Shown here: piece by piece, positions 40,322-53,889 of the stretch
How positions within the stretch are numbered: position 1 is the stretch's first letter
Layout of the letters: every line of letters begins with the position of its first letter
Origin: an uncultured Acidobacteriota bacterium
GTDB taxonomy: Bacteria > Acidobacteriota > UBA6911
Assembly: GCA_963843575.1 (NCBI GenBank)
Contig: CAWJKZ010000010.1
Coordinates: forward strand, 288,001-352,000
Length of the DNA stretch: 64,000 nucleotides
Direction: 5' to 3'
Position numbers and translations under genes: made by a program
The notes under the pieces: generated by a model
Seen by the model: the letters and a program-made list of their open reading frames with translations, nothing else
Databases searched by the model: none
Told to the model about the DNA's origin: nothing

Positions 40322-41938
40322 TCAAGATCCGATGCCGTGCCTCTCGAGACGGACGAGAACGAGCTTGCCCTGTCTGCCGATGACGGTGGCCGAGCAACCC
40401 TGACGGCTGCGGAGTTCAGGGAGGCGGATCTCCTCGGTCACCACCAGGATCCGTGGGTACCGTTCGGCGAGGCCGTCCAGCGCCGCCGCATCCGGGAGGT
40501 CTTCGGCGACCCGGTACCCGGTGTAGTAGTGCAGGGTGTGGTGGAAAAACTTGTAGCTGACGATCGGCTCGCCCGGAGCACGGGCGGAGAGCGCTTCACG
40601 GGCTATGTCCCGCGTCGAGTGCCGAGCCGCCATCCCCGGGTAGGCGACGGCCGTCAGGGTTACGATGACCATCATCGACTGCGCGACGACCAGCGCCCCG
40701 GCCGCCGTCCAGCGGGACTTCAGCAGGAACAGAGAGGCGGGGACGACAGGCAGGAACGTGACGGCGCCCAGCAACAGGGCGCCGCCACTGCCCGTGTGAT
40801 AGCCGCGCTGGAGAAGAATCGGGAGCGCGACGCCGACGGCGGCGGAGGTCACCAGCCCGGCCCAGGCGATCGCAGCAGATGTCCGGCGGTTCCGGCTCTC
40901 CGACCCGGACAGTTCAGCCAGCCTGGCGCCCAGGAGCAAGGCGAGCGGCGGAAGCACGGGCAGGATGTAGCCCGGCAGCTTCGATCGGGACAGGGAAAAG
41001 AAAACGAGAGGGACCAGCGTCCACACGACCAGGAAAAACCGCGCAGGATCGCGCTCCGGGAGTGTGCGGATCCGCCGCCAGCCCCCGCCGGCCGGGATGA
41101 GCGCCGCCAGCCACCCTGTCCAGGGGTACACCAGCCCGAGCAACACCGGGGCGTAATAATAGAAGGGCTCGCTGTGGTGGTGCAGCTCACTGACGTACCG
41201 GGCGAGATTGTGGTTGATGAAGAAAAAAGCGACGAAGGCGAAGCCGTTTTCGCGGAAGGCCAGATAGAACCAGGGGCATGCCACCGCGGCGACGATGAGC
41301 GCGCCCGCAAGAGGGTGCAATTGTCGCAGGCGCCAGGCAGGCCTGAAGCACCAGAAGACCGCGACAATCGCCCCCGCGAGGAGCAACGCCACGGGCCCCT
41401 TGGCGAGCACAGCCAACCCGAGAAAAACGTATCCCAAGGCCGCGGTGCCGGTCGAGCCACGGCCGGCGGCACGTGCGGCGAGCAGTGACAGGGCCACGGT
41501 CAGGGTGGCGGTGAAGGGCATGTCGGTCGAGGCGCTCCTGCCGAATGCCGCAAATCCGACGTTCGTAAGCAGGATTGCAGCCCCGGCGAGGCCGGCCAGC
41601 CCCCCCCACAGCATTCTCCCCAGCCCATACAGCGCAAGCGCCGCCAGGAAGGCCATGAGGGTGGAACCCAGCCGCGCCGCGGTCTCCGTGGGCCCAAGCC
41701 AGCGGACCAGGGGAATGGTAATCCAATAATAGAGCGGCGGCTTCTCGAGCCAGGGCCTCCCCTCGAGCACGGGAGTCACCCAGCGGTGCGCCGCGCTCAT
41801 CTCCTGGGCGATCCGGGCATAACGCGGCTCGTCGGCCCCGATCAACGGCAGACTTCCGAGACGGAACAGGAGGGTGGCCGACGAGATGAAGGCCAGCAGC
41901 AGGACGGAGGCGGATGTGCTGTACGCTATTCTGTGCAC
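40322..41938 (-). CDS. ArnT/GT83-GT39-like membrane glycosyltransferase
   Basis: DEPRYA, EKPPLYYW, LAKGP, SKLPGYILP. Confidence 0.88.
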   Translation of the reverse strand: MHRIAYSTSASVLLLAFISSATLLFRLGSLPLIGADEPRYARIAQEMSAAHRWVTPVLEGRPWLEKPPLYYWITIPLVRWLGPTETAARLGSTLMAFLAALALYGLGRMLWGGLAGLAGAAILLTNVGFAAFGRSASTDMPFTATLTVALSLLAARAAGRGSTGTAALGYVFLGLAVLAKGPVALLLAGAIVAVFWCFRPAWRLRQLHPLAGALIVAAVACPWFYLAFRENGFAFVAFFFINHNLARYVSELHHHSEPFYYYAPVLLGLVYPWTGWLAALIPAGGGWRRIRTLPERDPARFFLVVWTLVPLVFFSLSRSKLPGYILPVLPPLALLLGARLAELSGSESRNRRTSAAIAWAGLVTSAAVGVALPILLQRGYHTGSGGALLLGAVTFLPVVPASLFLLKSRWTAAGALVVAQSMMVIVTLTAVAYPGMAARHSTRDIAREALSARAPGEPIVSYKFFHHTLHYYTGYRVAEDLPDAAALDGLAERYPRILVVTEEIRLPELRSRQGCSATVIGRQGKLVLVRLERHGIGS

Positions 41939-41976
41939 GATGGCGGTTCATGTTACAGGCACCCGTCCAAAATGCA

Positions 41977-42001
41977 AAGGGCCCCGGTTGACGGGGCCCT
42001 T
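41977..42001 (-). terminator. groESL terminator
   Basis: AAGGGCCCCG-GTTGA-CGGGGCCCTT with T-rich tail on the - strand. Confidence 0.8.
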
Positions 42002-42032
42002 CGTCGCGGTGCTTTCCCGGTGTGCCCGGGGA

Positions 42033-43658
<1,626 letters not shown>

Positions 43659-43679
43659 TTAGAGCTCCTTAAGTTAAGC

Positions 43680-43991
43680 TTACTTGGTTGCCTTCTTCGC
43701 GGCCGCTTCCATCACAGCCAGGATTTCCTCTTCCCTCATGATCACGTAATCCTGATCGTCGATCTTGATCTCCGTTCCGGCGTACTTCCCGAACAGAACC
43801 CGATCTCCAGGCTGCACATCCATCGCCGAGCGCTTCCCGTCTTCCTGCAGCTTGCCCGGTCCGACCGCCACGATTTCGCCCTCCATCGGCTTCTCTTTCG
43901 CGGTATCGGGGATGATGATGCCACCCTTGACGACTTCTTTTTCCTCGATCCTCTTCACGAGAACACGATCGTGCAAAGGTCTTACTTGCAT
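43680..43991 (-). CDS. groS: Co-chaperonin GroES
   Basis: [21 protein letters not shown]. Confidence 0.99.
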   Translation of the reverse strand: MQVRPLHDRVLVKRIEEKEVVKGGIIIPDTAKEKPMEGEIVAVGPGKLQEDGKRSAMDVQPGDRVLFGKYAGTEIKIDDQDYVIMREEEILAVMEAAAKKATK

Positions 43992-44060
43992 GGGATTGAT
44001 CTCCTTTCCTGGTTAGTTCCTCTTGTTCTAAACAACTAAAAAGGAATAACTTACAATTCT

Positions 44061-44087
44061 TTAGCACTCACCTCATGCGAGTGCTAG
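44061..44087. promoter_or_regulatory. CIRCE (HrcA operator)
   Basis: TTAGCACTC-N9-GAGTGCTAG, one mismatch to consensus. Confidence 0.95.
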
Positions 44088-44089
44088 TA

Positions 44090-44117
44090 ATTATAAGATC
44101 GTCTCTCCTTTTGTCAA
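44090..44117 (-). promoter_or_regulatory. sigma70 promoter of groESL
   Basis: TTGACA-16-TATAAT immediately upstream of CIRCE. Confidence 0.9.
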
Positions 44118-44143
44118 CCCACAATGTGAACGATTCCTAGTGC

Positions 44144-44207
44144 GTCCGGGCTGCAGAGGCTGTCCAACGGTTGATTGTGGATTTCGGCGTCGAGCCGCCG
44201 CGCTCCA
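44144..44207. repeat. Partial composite REP/MITE element, copy 4
   Basis: GTCCGGGCTGCAGAGGCTGTCCAACGGTTGATTG ... GTCGAGCCGCCGCGCTCCA. Confidence 0.75.
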
Positions 44208-44225
44208 CATCTCAACTGGTGGATT

Positions 44226-44501
44226 TCAGGTTGACACACCGTTGGGTTCGACGCGTGGGCGTCGACGTGCCGCCCCCGCCCAACGAGCCAGACGTTTTGC
44301 CAGGGTGTTGCGGTGGATGCCGAGACAGTGGGAGGCGCGGATGAGGCTGCGGTCGTTCCGGGCGACCACCTCCGTGATGAAGCATTTCTCGAACTGCTCA
44401 ACGGCCTCGGAAAAGAGGATGCCGCGGTCGATCATCTCGGTGCAGAGCGCTTCCAGGCGGTCTTTGAGCGGCACCTTTTCGCTGCGCGGTGTGTCGCTCA
44501 T
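44226..44501 (-). CDS. Fis-like HTH protein
   Basis: FEK.FI..V...N..S..RAS..LGIHRNTL. Confidence 0.8.
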   Translation of the reverse strand: MSDTPRSEKVPLKDRLEALCTEMIDRGILFSEAVEQFEKCFITEVVARNDRSLIRASHCLGIHRNTLAKRLARWAGAARRRPRVEPNGVST

Positions 44502-45043
44502 GCCGACGGCCTGCTATGGTTCACTCTTTCGAGGATTTTACGGTACTCGTCCTGGAAGCGGTCTTTCAGCTGTTGGGGCACCAGCACGACCGCGGCGCGC
44601 GCACCCGCCAGGAGAAACGGCGCCAGGTACGAGCGCGCCAGCAGCGCGTTGTCGCGCAGCGGGAAGGCCACCATTGCCAGGACCAGGATTGAGGCCACGG
44701 CCCACCCCCGGAGGAAGCCGAACAGGCCGCCCAGCAAGCGGTCGATCCACTCCAGCGACGCCATCTTGACAAACCGGTTCACCAGCAGTGCCACGATGGC
44801 CCCAACGGCCAGGGTGCCGACAAACAGGATCATGAACCCTATCAGGTCGGCGATCGACCGGGTACGGGTCAGTTCGGAAAAGTAGGCGGCCGGAACGCTG
44901 TAGTAGTATGCGGCCAGCACGAAGCCGCCGAGGAGGGCGACCAGGCTGATGACCTCGCGCACGAGTCCCTTGGTCAGCGCAAACCCGGTCGACAGGACGA
45001 TAATCAGGGCGAAAACAAAATCCAGAACAGTCCATTGGCTCAT
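44498..45043 (-). CDS. cvpA: CvpA family membrane protein
   Basis: GLVREVISL, DRLLGGLFGFLRG. Confidence 0.9.
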   Translation of the reverse strand: MSQWTVLDFVFALIIVLSTGFALTKGLVREVISLVALLGGFVLAAYYYSVPAAYFSELTRTRSIADLIGFMILFVGTLAVGAIVALLVNRFVKMASLEWIDRLLGGLFGFLRGWAVASILVLAMVAFPLRDNALLARSYLAPFLLAGARAAVVLVPQQLKDRFQDEYRKILERVNHSRPSA

Positions 45044-45054
45044 GAGGGTGAGTC

Positions 45055-45083
45055 ATTCTACGCCGGGCGAAAGTGCCATGCAA
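45055..45083 (-). promoter_or_regulatory. sigma70 promoter of cvpA-fis-like pair
   Basis: TTGCAT-17-TAGAAT, 11 nt before ATG. Confidence 0.65.
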
Positions 45084-45344
45084 GCGCTCTCACGGGCTGC
45101 AACGGGCGGCACGTTTGCGCGGGCCACGCTCCACCGGACTGGCTTTGCGGGCGCGACAAAGGTCGCGGGGCACGGCGGTGCGGCCGCTCAACTGGTCCGG
45201 GCCGGCTTTGCTGCCGCGGATGTTGATGTGAGGGAGGTGCGTGGCCAGAAGCGGCGCACAGGGGCAAGGGCTCCGTCCGTCGGGAGCCACCCATGCGTGT
45301 GGCGCCGTTTCCCACGGAGCCTGATACCACGAAGAAACCCCGCT

Positions 45345-46247
45345 TCAAACCAGCGGCGAGCCGGTCAGCAACCGGTAGGCTTCCAGATACTTCTCCGTGG
45401 TCCCGCGCACGACGTTCTCGGGGAGCTCGGGCCCGGGGGGCCGTTTGTCGAAGTGAATGCTTTCCAGGTAATCGCGCACGTACTGCTTGTCGAACGAGGG
45501 CTGCGGCCTCCCCGGCCTGTAGCTCGATCTCCTCCAGAAGCGGGAGGAATCGGGCGTGAGCAGTTCGTCGCAGAGCAGGATTTCTCCTTTGTGGAGGCCG
45601 AACTCGAACTTCACGTCGGCGATGATGATGCCCCGGGGGAGGGCGTACTCGGCCGCGCGGCGGTAGATTTTCAGCGTCAGATCCCTGAGGGCGGCGGCGT
45701 GCCCGGCACCGATCATCCGCTCCATTTCTTCGAACGGGATGTTGAGGTCGTGGCCGGATTCGGCTTTCGTGGCCGGCGTGAAGATCGGCTCAGGCAGCTG
45801 GTCGCACTCGCGCAGCCCGGGAGGCATGGTCATGCCGCACACGGTGCCCGACTCCTTGTACTCCTTCCAACCCGAGCCGGCTAGGTAGCCGCGCGCGACA
45901 CATTCGACGGGGAACATGTCGGCCTTGAGCAGGAGCATGCTGCGCAGGTCCAGTTCGGCGCGGTAGCGCTCGAGCTCCGCGGGAAACTGGTCGACGTCGG
46001 CGCAGACGACGTGGTTGGGAACGACGTCCGACATCATCCCGAACCAGAAGCGGGAGAGCTGGGTGAGGACGGCGCCCTTCCAGGGTATCGGGGTCGGCAG
46101 CACCACGTCGAACGCGGAGATGCGGTCGGTGGCGATCATCAGGAGATGGTCGCCGTACTCGTACACGTCCCGGACTTTGCCGCGGCGAAACAGCTTCAGA
46201 TCCGGGATCTCGGTCTGTACGACGATGCTGGGTTGGGGCTGGGTCAT
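45345..46247 (-). CDS. purC: SAICAR synthase
   Basis: [39 protein letters not shown]. Confidence 0.97.
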   Translation of the reverse strand: MTQPQPSIVVQTEIPDLKLFRRGKVRDVYEYGDHLLMIATDRISAFDVVLPTPIPWKGAVLTQLSRFWFGMMSDVVPNHVVCADVDQFPAELERYRAELDLRSMLLLKADMFPVECVARGYLAGSGWKEYKESGTVCGMTMPPGLRECDQLPEPIFTPATKAESGHDLNIPFEEMERMIGAGHAAALRDLTLKIYRRAAEYALPRGIIIADVKFEFGLHKGEILLCDELLTPDSSRFWRRSSYRPGRPQPSFDKQYVRDYLESIHFDKRPPGPELPENVVRGTTEKYLEAYRLLTGSPLV

Positions 46248-46282
46248 GGATCCCTCGCTGGTATCGGGTTCGGCTGCGGGCG

Positions 46283-49200
46283 CTAGGACGCCAGCGCCTG
46301 ACGGCGGAAGTCGACGCCTACGATCTTGGAGACGCCCGGCTCCTCCATCGTCACGCCGTAGAGCGTCTGCGCGATTTCCATCGTGCGTTTGTTGTGGGTG
46401 ATCACGATGAACTGCGTGTCTTTGCTCAGCTCCGACCAGGAGCTCGGTGAAGCGGGTCACGTTGGCGTCGTCCAGGGGCGCGTCCACTTCGTCCAGCACG
46501 CAGAAGGGGCTCGGCCGGTAGCGGAAGATCGCGATCAGCAGCGCGAGGGCCGTGAGCGCCTTCTCGCCGCCCGGACAGCAGCAGCACGTTCTGCAGCCTT
46601 TTGCCGGGGGGCTGCGCGATGATGTCGATGCCGCTCTCGAGCACGTCTCCGTCGTCCATCAGCCGGAGATCGCACTGGCCGCCGCTTGAACAGGATCTGG
46701 AACACCTCGCATGAAGTTTTCCCGGATGTGCTTGAAGGCGTCCTGGAACTGCTCGACCGACCGGCGGTTGATTTCGGCGATGGCCTTCTGGGTGTCGGCG
46801 ATCGACTGCTCGATGTCGGTGCGCTGCTTGTTCAGGAACTGGTAGCGCTCGTCGAGTTCCTGGTACTCTTCGAGTGCCCGCATGTTGATCGCGCCGAAGT
46901 TCTCGATCCTGTTCGCGCAGCTGGTCGTAGGCGGCGCGAGACCTCCGGGTAGTCCCGCGCCACTCCGGCGTCCTGGATCTGTGCCGCGATCTCGCTCAGC
47001 GGGACGTGGAACTCTTCCGCGCAGCCGCGTTCCAGGTGTTCGAGATCGGTCTCCAGGCGCGTCTTCTCGATTTCGATCCGTCCCCGGACGTTCAGCGCCT
47101 CCTCGCGGGCGGCGTGCAGGCGGCGCAGCGCCCCGTCCGACTCGGCCAGCGACTCGCGCTCGAGCGTCAGCCCCTTTTGCTTCTGCTCGAGGTCCGACTC
47201 GGCAACCCGCACCGCGCGGCCGAACTCGACGATCCGCGTTTCCGTGTCGCGCCGCTCGAGCTGCAGGTCGGCGCTGCGCGCCAGCGCGGCTTCCTTCTCG
47301 CGGCCGTTTTCGGCCGACCGGCGGCGCACGTCCTCCGCCTCGCCCGCCAGTCGCCGCAGCTCCGACTCCATCCCGGACCGGCGCTCCTGTTTCACGGCGT
47401 GGGCGGCCGTGGCCGCAGCCAGCGAACGGATGAGGGCCGCGTTCTCGGACTTGAGCGAGTCCAGCCGCGCGGCCGCCTCCCGCAGTTCCTCGTTGCCGGA
47501 GCGGGTGCGCACCTCCAGGTCCAGGATTTCCGCCGTCGCGGCCGCCTGCCAGCTTCTCTCGAACTCCGTCCGCTCCGTCGCCAGCTGGGCGAGTTCCGCC
47601 GCGGTGACCTTCTCCAGTCTGATCGATCTTGCCGAGCTCGCTTTCGAGGCGCTCGAGTCTGGTTGCCGATCACGACCCCCTCCAGCTCGAGCTTGCGCGC
47701 CTCGACCGAGAGCGACTTCAACCACTCCGATCACTTCGGACTGCTCGCCCTTGAGCCGCTCCTGTTCTTCGCGGTTGCCCTGGAGCTTCTTGCGCAGCGC
47801 GCCGAGCTTCGACTGCAGGTCGCGCTTTTCCCGCTTCAGCGCGAGGAAGCCGGCCATCGATTTCCGCTCGCCCACCGCCGACAGCGTGCCCCGCGGCGAA
47901 TAGGCCTCTCCCGACACGGTCAGGTAGTTGGCCTGCCGGGTGTGTCTCGGCGACGCGGAAGGCCGTGTCCAGATCGGACACCATCACGGTGCGCGGCATA
48001 GTCCGGCAGGGCGCGCTCAAAGGCGCGCCGGACCTCGTCGCTCATCCGGAGCAGGTCGTCGAGATAGCCGTGGACGCCCTCGCCCTGCACCTGTGCGCGT
48101 TCCGGTGCCCGGCGCGTGGGCGTGTCCGTTGCGCAGGGTCATGAAGGTGCACTTGCCCGCGCCGATGCGCTTCAGGCGCTCGACGCTCTGAACCGCGTCG
48201 TCCAGCCGGTTGACCATAATGTATTGCAGCGGATCGTTGAGATAGTCTTCGACGGCGGCCTCGTAGGCTGGAATCGGTCTCGACGAGATCCGCGAGCGTC
48301 TGAGCCGGGGGGGCCTCCTCGCCCGGGACCACGGTCGAAAGGAACTTCTGCACGCCCTCGGAGTAGTTGCAACGACGCCGCTCGACCTCTTCGAGCGAGG
48401 AGAGGCGGTGCTGCAATCGGCTGTACTCCTCCTGCCGCGCCATCAGCTCGGCGGAGACGGCTTCCAGGTGCGCCCCGACCTGTTTCAGGCGGTCCTCCGA
48501 CTGTGCCTGCTGCTCGAGCACGACGCGTTGCCGCTCCGCCCGGGCCTGCTCCTGGCTGCGGAACCGGTCCAGATCGGCGAAGAGCGAGGCGCGCAGCTGC
48601 GCCTTCGACGCGCGCTCCCCTTCGATCCGGGTCGCCTGAGCGGAGATGCGCTGCAGGTTTTCCTGGCACCTCGCCTGGAGGTTGCGGAGATCGGCGAGCT
48701 GGCCGGCGCCGTTGAGCAGGGCGAGCGCGGAGCCCGTCGATTTCGCGCTCGGCCTCGCTGGATCGCCCCCTGCAGCATCTCCCCCTTCGACTGCTCGGCG
48801 TCGAGCGTCTCCTGCTCGCGGGTCGATTTCCTCCGTTAGCGCGACCACCGCGCCGAGCAGCCGCTGCTGCTCGTGCGCCACCACCCGGGCGCGCTCGTCG
48901 ACCGCCTGCTGCTCCCGTTCGATGTCGCGCAGCGGGCCTCCAGGTGTATGCGCTGGTCTTCCTGGTTCTGCAGCAGGTTGTGGGCGGCCGCGGCCTGCAT
49001 CTTCAGGCTCGCGAGGTCGTCCCGCAGCCTGCCGACGCCTTCCTCGCTCACACGGCAGCTCTCCTGTGCGGCGGCCCGCGACTGTTCGAGCGCGGCCAGT
49101 TCTTCCGCGATGCGGTTCGCCTGCTCCTGCGCCGCTTCAAACCGGGCGCCGCAGTCTCCCAGCCGTTCGCCGAGCGCCCGGCGCTCCAGGCCGAACTTCA

Positions 49201-49903
49201 GCCGCTGCACCGCGCGCAACTCCTCGCGCAGCCGGTTGTATCGGCGCGCCTTGGCGGCCTGCCGCCGCAGCGAGTTCAGCTGCCGCGCCACCTCCCGGAT
49301 GATGTCGTTGACGCGCAGCAGGTTCTGCTGCGCCATCTCGAGCTTCATCTCCGCCGAATAACGGCGGCTCTTGAACAGGGTGATGCGGGCGGCTTCCTCG
49401 ATGAGGGCCCGGCGGTCGGCCGGCTTGGAGCTGAGGATCTGGCCGATGCGCCCCTGCTCGATCAGGGCATAGGAATTCGGGCCCGAGACCGGTCCCTTCG
49501 AACAGCGCCTGGATGTCCTTCAGGCGGCAGCGGCGCCCGTCCAGGTAGTACTCGCTTTCGCCCGAGCGGTAGAGGCGCCGGCCCACGGTGAATCCCTCCG
49601 GGTTCAGGTCGAGCCCCTCGGGCACGTTGAACTGCTCCATCAGCCGCAGGGTGAGGACGACTTCGGCGAGGCTCGTGGCCTTGCGCGCCTGGGTGCCGTT
49701 GAAAATGACGCCTTCCATCTTGTCGGTGCGCAGGCTCTTGGCGCTCTGCTCGCCCGACGACCCAGCTGATCGCGTCCGCGATGTTGCTCTTGCCGCATCC
49801 ATTCGGGCCGACGATGGCCGTGGTCCCCTCGTTAAAGACGACCTGCGGTGCGGTCGCAGAAGGACTTGAACCCCACTAACTCGAGTTTCTGAATCTGGTG
49901 CAT
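46283..49903 (-). CDS. smc: Chromosome segregation protein SMC (many frameshifts, probably sequencing errors)
   Basis: [24 protein letters not shown], hinge, [30 protein letters not shown] across frames. Confidence 0.95.
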
Positions 49904-50009
49904 GGCCTCACAACTCTTGCGTAAAACTGCATTCGAATCGTGCCCGGGCCCCGCCGGGGCCCAAGCGTATGCGCAACGGCACGGGACCGGCGTCAGGCCC
50001 CTCGCCGCC

Positions 50010-50956
50010 TCAGAAAGACGCCCTCCGCTCGCCCGCGCGCCCGGCGGGCAGGTTGAGGCTGAAAAAGGTCGTCACCTGTCGGTCGTAGTTCTTCAGTTCT
50101 TCACCGCTCATCACCCGGACCCGCGATATCGGGAGCGAGATCATCTCTTTGCGCGGCTCCAGGCGCGAGGAAAAGCGCCTCGGTCGTGCGCGCGAGCCCC
50201 TTGCGGTTGGCTCCCTGCACGAACAGGACGCTCCGATCCGCGAGCGAATCCAACGGCAGCGGAGCCCGGAGCGCCGCCGCAGGCGCCATCATGTAGGCGC
50301 GAAAGAACGTGCAGGCAGGCGAATTCGACCAGATGGCTCGCCGTTCCCAAGTCCTCCGCCAGCCGCAGCCGTACAAAATCGCCCACGGTGTCGTACGGCG
50401 AATCGGCCGCGACGGCACGCACCTCGGGCCGACGCGCCGCGGCGTCCAGCGCCGCCCGGGCCCCTACGTCCACGCCCCAGATCCCCAGCCTCGTCGCGTC
50501 GACGTTCGCCCTTGATTTGACAAAGTCGATGGCCGACAGCACGTCTTCGGTCTCCCTCAGGCCCAACCCGCACGATCCCTTCGGAACTGCCCCGCGCCCC
50601 CTCAGGTCGAACGTCAGCACCCCAAAGTTCTTTCGGTGCAGGCTGGCGGCGAGACTCAGAGCATCCGACCGGTTCATGAGGATGCCCGGGACCAGGATGA
50701 CGGCGGGTTCATCCTTGCCACCGGGAATCCACCAGCCCTTCAGCTGCACCCCGTCCCGCAACGACCAGGTCGCATCGGCCGACGGAAGCAGGAAACTGGA
50801 CGGGTTGACCAGTTCCGCAACGGCCCCCGGGTGCGTCAGCCGGTAGACCAGGATTCCGAACGCCAGCAGAAAACCGCAAACCAGCGGGAGGGTCGCCGGC
50901 AGCACCGTCCCGAAAAATCGTCGAACCTGCACATTGACAGGTTTCGGGGTCGACAT
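50010..50956 (-). CDS. Membrane-anchored alpha/beta hydrolase-fold protein (frameshifted 3' end)
   Basis: LKGWWIPG, FDLRGRG, GIWGVDVGA (nucleophile Ser replaced by Asp), ADSPY. Confidence 0.75.
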
Positions 50957-51035
50957 GCACCAACTCCAGCGGTTCCCCGCCCGGAAAGTTTGCGCCGTCA
51001 ATATAGCACAGGCGGGGGACCGGACCAATTGAAAA

Positions 51036-51083
51036 TCCCAACATATGGGCTAAGCGCAGATCCTCCACCACTACATATTGCGT
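51036..51083. promoter_or_regulatory. Tandem NrdR-box-like operators
   Basis: TCCCAACATATGGGCT (51036) and CCACTACATATTGCGT (51068), 32 bp apart. Confidence 0.65.
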
Positions 51084-51110
51084 CTTGAGGCACAATCGAC
51101 AATTTGAGGT

Positions 51111-51698
51111 TCAAACAGAAGAGATAAAGTCATTTAAATCATTGATAGTGTTTATGTTGGCTAGATCTCCATCGCGGAACAGGCGATCGTCCGGGGACAA
51201 CTCCTCCACCTTCAGGCCCGGAGCGGCCAGAAACGAGGACATGGCGTTTCTGCCGGCTTGAAGACAGTGCTCGCTGGCGCGCAGGCAGGGGAGGCGGCGA
51301 TAGGCGGCGCAAAGGGGGTGGAGCCGGCCGTCGCCGCTGCGCGGCACGACGGCGTCACAGGAGGCGGCGCGACGCACCAATTCCCTGATGAGTTCCTGCC
51401 CGACTCCGGGCAAATCGCAGGCGAGAAGGAGCACGAGATCGTCGGGCGCCGCCATCAGGCCCGCGTGCAAGCCGGCAAGCGGACCCCGCCCCGGGTAGAC
51501 GTCGCGCACGATCACGGCGCCGAGTGCCCGGTATGGTTCGGGGTTGTTGGTGGAGATGAAAACGCTGCCGGCAACCCACCTGGCCTTTTCCAGCTGCACG
51601 ACGATCAGAGGGCGTCCTCGGATTTCAAGGAAGGCTTTGTCGCGGCCCATCCGGGAACTCGCGCCCCCCGCCAGGATGACGGCGGAAACAGGTGTCAT
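51111..51698 (-). CDS. mobA: Molybdenum cofactor guanylyltransferase
   Basis: ILAGGASSRMGRDK, GPLAG, ACDLP, HPLCAAY, NIN. Confidence 0.92.
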   Translation of the reverse strand: MTPVSAVILAGGASSRMGRDKAFLEIRGRPLIVVQLEKARWVAGSVFISTNNPEPYRALGAVIVRDVYPGRGPLAGLHAGLMAAPDDLVLLLACDLPGVGQELIRELVRRAASCDAVVPRSGDGRLHPLCAAYRRLPCLRASEHCLQAGRNAMSSFLAAPGLKVEELSPDDRLFRDGDLANINTINDLNDFISSV

Positions 51699-51810
51699 TG
51701 CCAATACGATAGGCCGGCGGCCCCCGGAAGACAACCATGTGAAGCTGCGGCGTTCGAGCTCTCGGAGACTTGGAGGCGGCTGAACAGCTCAACCTCGAAG
51801 CCTCAGCGTC

Positions 51811-51839
51811 TTGACCGGCCCGGGCGCGGATCCTATAAT
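51811..51839 (+). promoter_or_regulatory. sigma70 promoter
   Basis: TTGACC-17-TATAAT. Confidence 0.8.
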
Positions 51840-51898
51840 TAAAGTTTGTCTTACGACCGGAACTCCGCCCGGCGAATCCCGCGAGAAAGGTTCACCGC

Positions 51899-53792
51899 AT
51901 GACAAGACGAAGCGTCCCTGCAGCGGTCTTTGCGCTGCTCTGCCTATCCACCTATTCCTGGTCCCGTGTCGAGTTCTTCAAGCTCGAGGATCTGAAGCCC
52001 GGGATGAAGGGGATCGGGAAGACTTGTTATCAGGGGAGTAAGCCGGAAGAGTTCCAGGTGGAAATCCTAGGTGTCATGAAGGGGATCAGTCCCGGGGCAA
52101 ATGCGGTGCTGGCGAGGTTTTCCGGCGGGCCGATCGGCAACACCGGCGTTTTTGAGGGGATGAGCGGCAGCCCCGTCTTCATCGACGGAAAGCTCCTGGG
52201 CGCGGTGGCCTTCTCGTTTGCCTTCTCCAAGGAGGCCGTCGGCGGCATAACCCCGATCGCGCAGATGATCGACGCGTTCACCGAAAGCGACCAATCCGGG
52301 CAGTCGGGGCCGCGGATCATCCTGAAGCGGAGTTCGCTGTGGGACTATCAGCTGAGACTCAGGAACGGGGCGGCTCACTTTCCGATGGGCCTGCCCGAGT
52401 TTCCTGGACAGGACGGGGCCTTCACTTATCCCGAAGCTCCTGAAACCGGAGCAGTCCAACAGTCTGCCGCGTTCATGTCCGACAGTCACGCGCTGAGGCC
52501 GATCGCCACGCCGCTGAACCTGAGCGGCTTCTCCGCGGAGGCCATTCGTACCTTCGGCCCGCAATTCAGGGTGCTGGGGTTGAGCGTCCTGCAGGGGACG
52601 GGGAGTTCCGGCTTCCAGGCCCCGGGGGCAAAACTCGCGCCCGTGTCGGACGACGCGCCGGTCGAGCCGGGATCGAATATCGTCGTTCCGCTGGTCAGGG
52701 GCGACATGGACGCGTCGGCGGGCGGCACCGTCACATATATCGACGGCGACAAGCTCTACGCATTCGGGCACATGCTCTTCAACCTGGGCAACACCGAGCT
52801 GCCGATGCACAAGGGGCGGGCCATCACGGTCTTCCCCAGCCTGCAGAGTTCGTTCAAGATCCTGGAGACCACCGATCCTATCGGCACCTTCCGGCAGGAC
52901 CGCGGCTCGGGCATCTATGGCGTCCTGGGGCAGAAGACCAAGATGATCCCGATGCACGTTAGCATGACGACGAGCCGCGGGATCCGCAAGACGCTCAACT
53001 ACGAGGTGGCGCGGGACCGCTTCCTGACGCCTTTTCTGGTGAACCTCACGGTTTTCAACAGCATCATTTCGACCGAGCGCGCGCTGGGCGTGTCGACACT
53101 GGAGGTCAAGGGGAAGATACGGATAAAGGGCGAACAGCCTGTGGAGATCAACAACCGGTTTTCCTCCGACAGCAACTCGCCCGTGTTCGCCTCCCTCTCG
53201 GTCGCGCTTCCGGTCAACTTCCTCTTGGCCTCCGGTTACAAGAACCTCGAGTTCGAGCAGATCGACCTCGAGATCTCGGCGGTGGAGGACGACCGCGCGG
53301 CGCTGCTGGACGCCCTCCGGTTGGACCGTTCCGAGATGAAGGCGGGGGACGGCGCTCAGTCTCGACGTGTCCTACAAAAAGAGCGACGGCGAGGTGGTCG
53401 AAGACACCTACCCCGTGAAGATACCGTCCGACATCACGCCCGGCCCCTTGTCCCTGCTGGTGGCCGACGGGACGACGCTGATGGCAATCGATGCCCGCGA
53501 ACAGGGGGACGATCTGATCCCGCGCGATTTGTCGCAGCTGATCAAGTTCATCAACAACATACGCAAGAACGACCGCCTCTACCTTCGCATGTACCGGCGG
53601 GAACCGGGTGCGGTGGTCAAGGGGGAGGGATTGCCCGGTCTGCCCCCTTCGGTGCTGTCGATCCTGAACTCCGAGCGTAATACAGGCGGGATGAGCCCCA
53701 TCCACACCTCGGCCTTTGTCGAGTATGAACTCCCTGCGGCGGACTACATCGTCTCCGGCATGAAGACCTTGAATCTCTTGGTCAAGCCCTGA
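51899..53792 (+). CDS. SpoIVB peptidase S55 domain protein (frameshift near 53350)
   Basis: GMKGIGKT, GMSGSPVFIDGKLLGAV, GTVTY..AFGH; C-term in ORF 53367-53792. Confidence 0.88.
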
Positions 53793-53889
53793 CACAAGCT
53801 CCGGGAAGACAATCACAACACTCCGCCCCCGCCGCCGCCGCGGGGGAGTGCGGCCCGAATCGTTTACAATCAAGCACACAGGTGACTGC

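Noticed and set aside
46283-49903. Frameshifts in smc (also Hsp70, S55, cytochrome, TonB genes) as programmed recoding or pseudogenisation
   Set aside because: Scattered single-base indels across unrelated, often core, genes fit long-read error better
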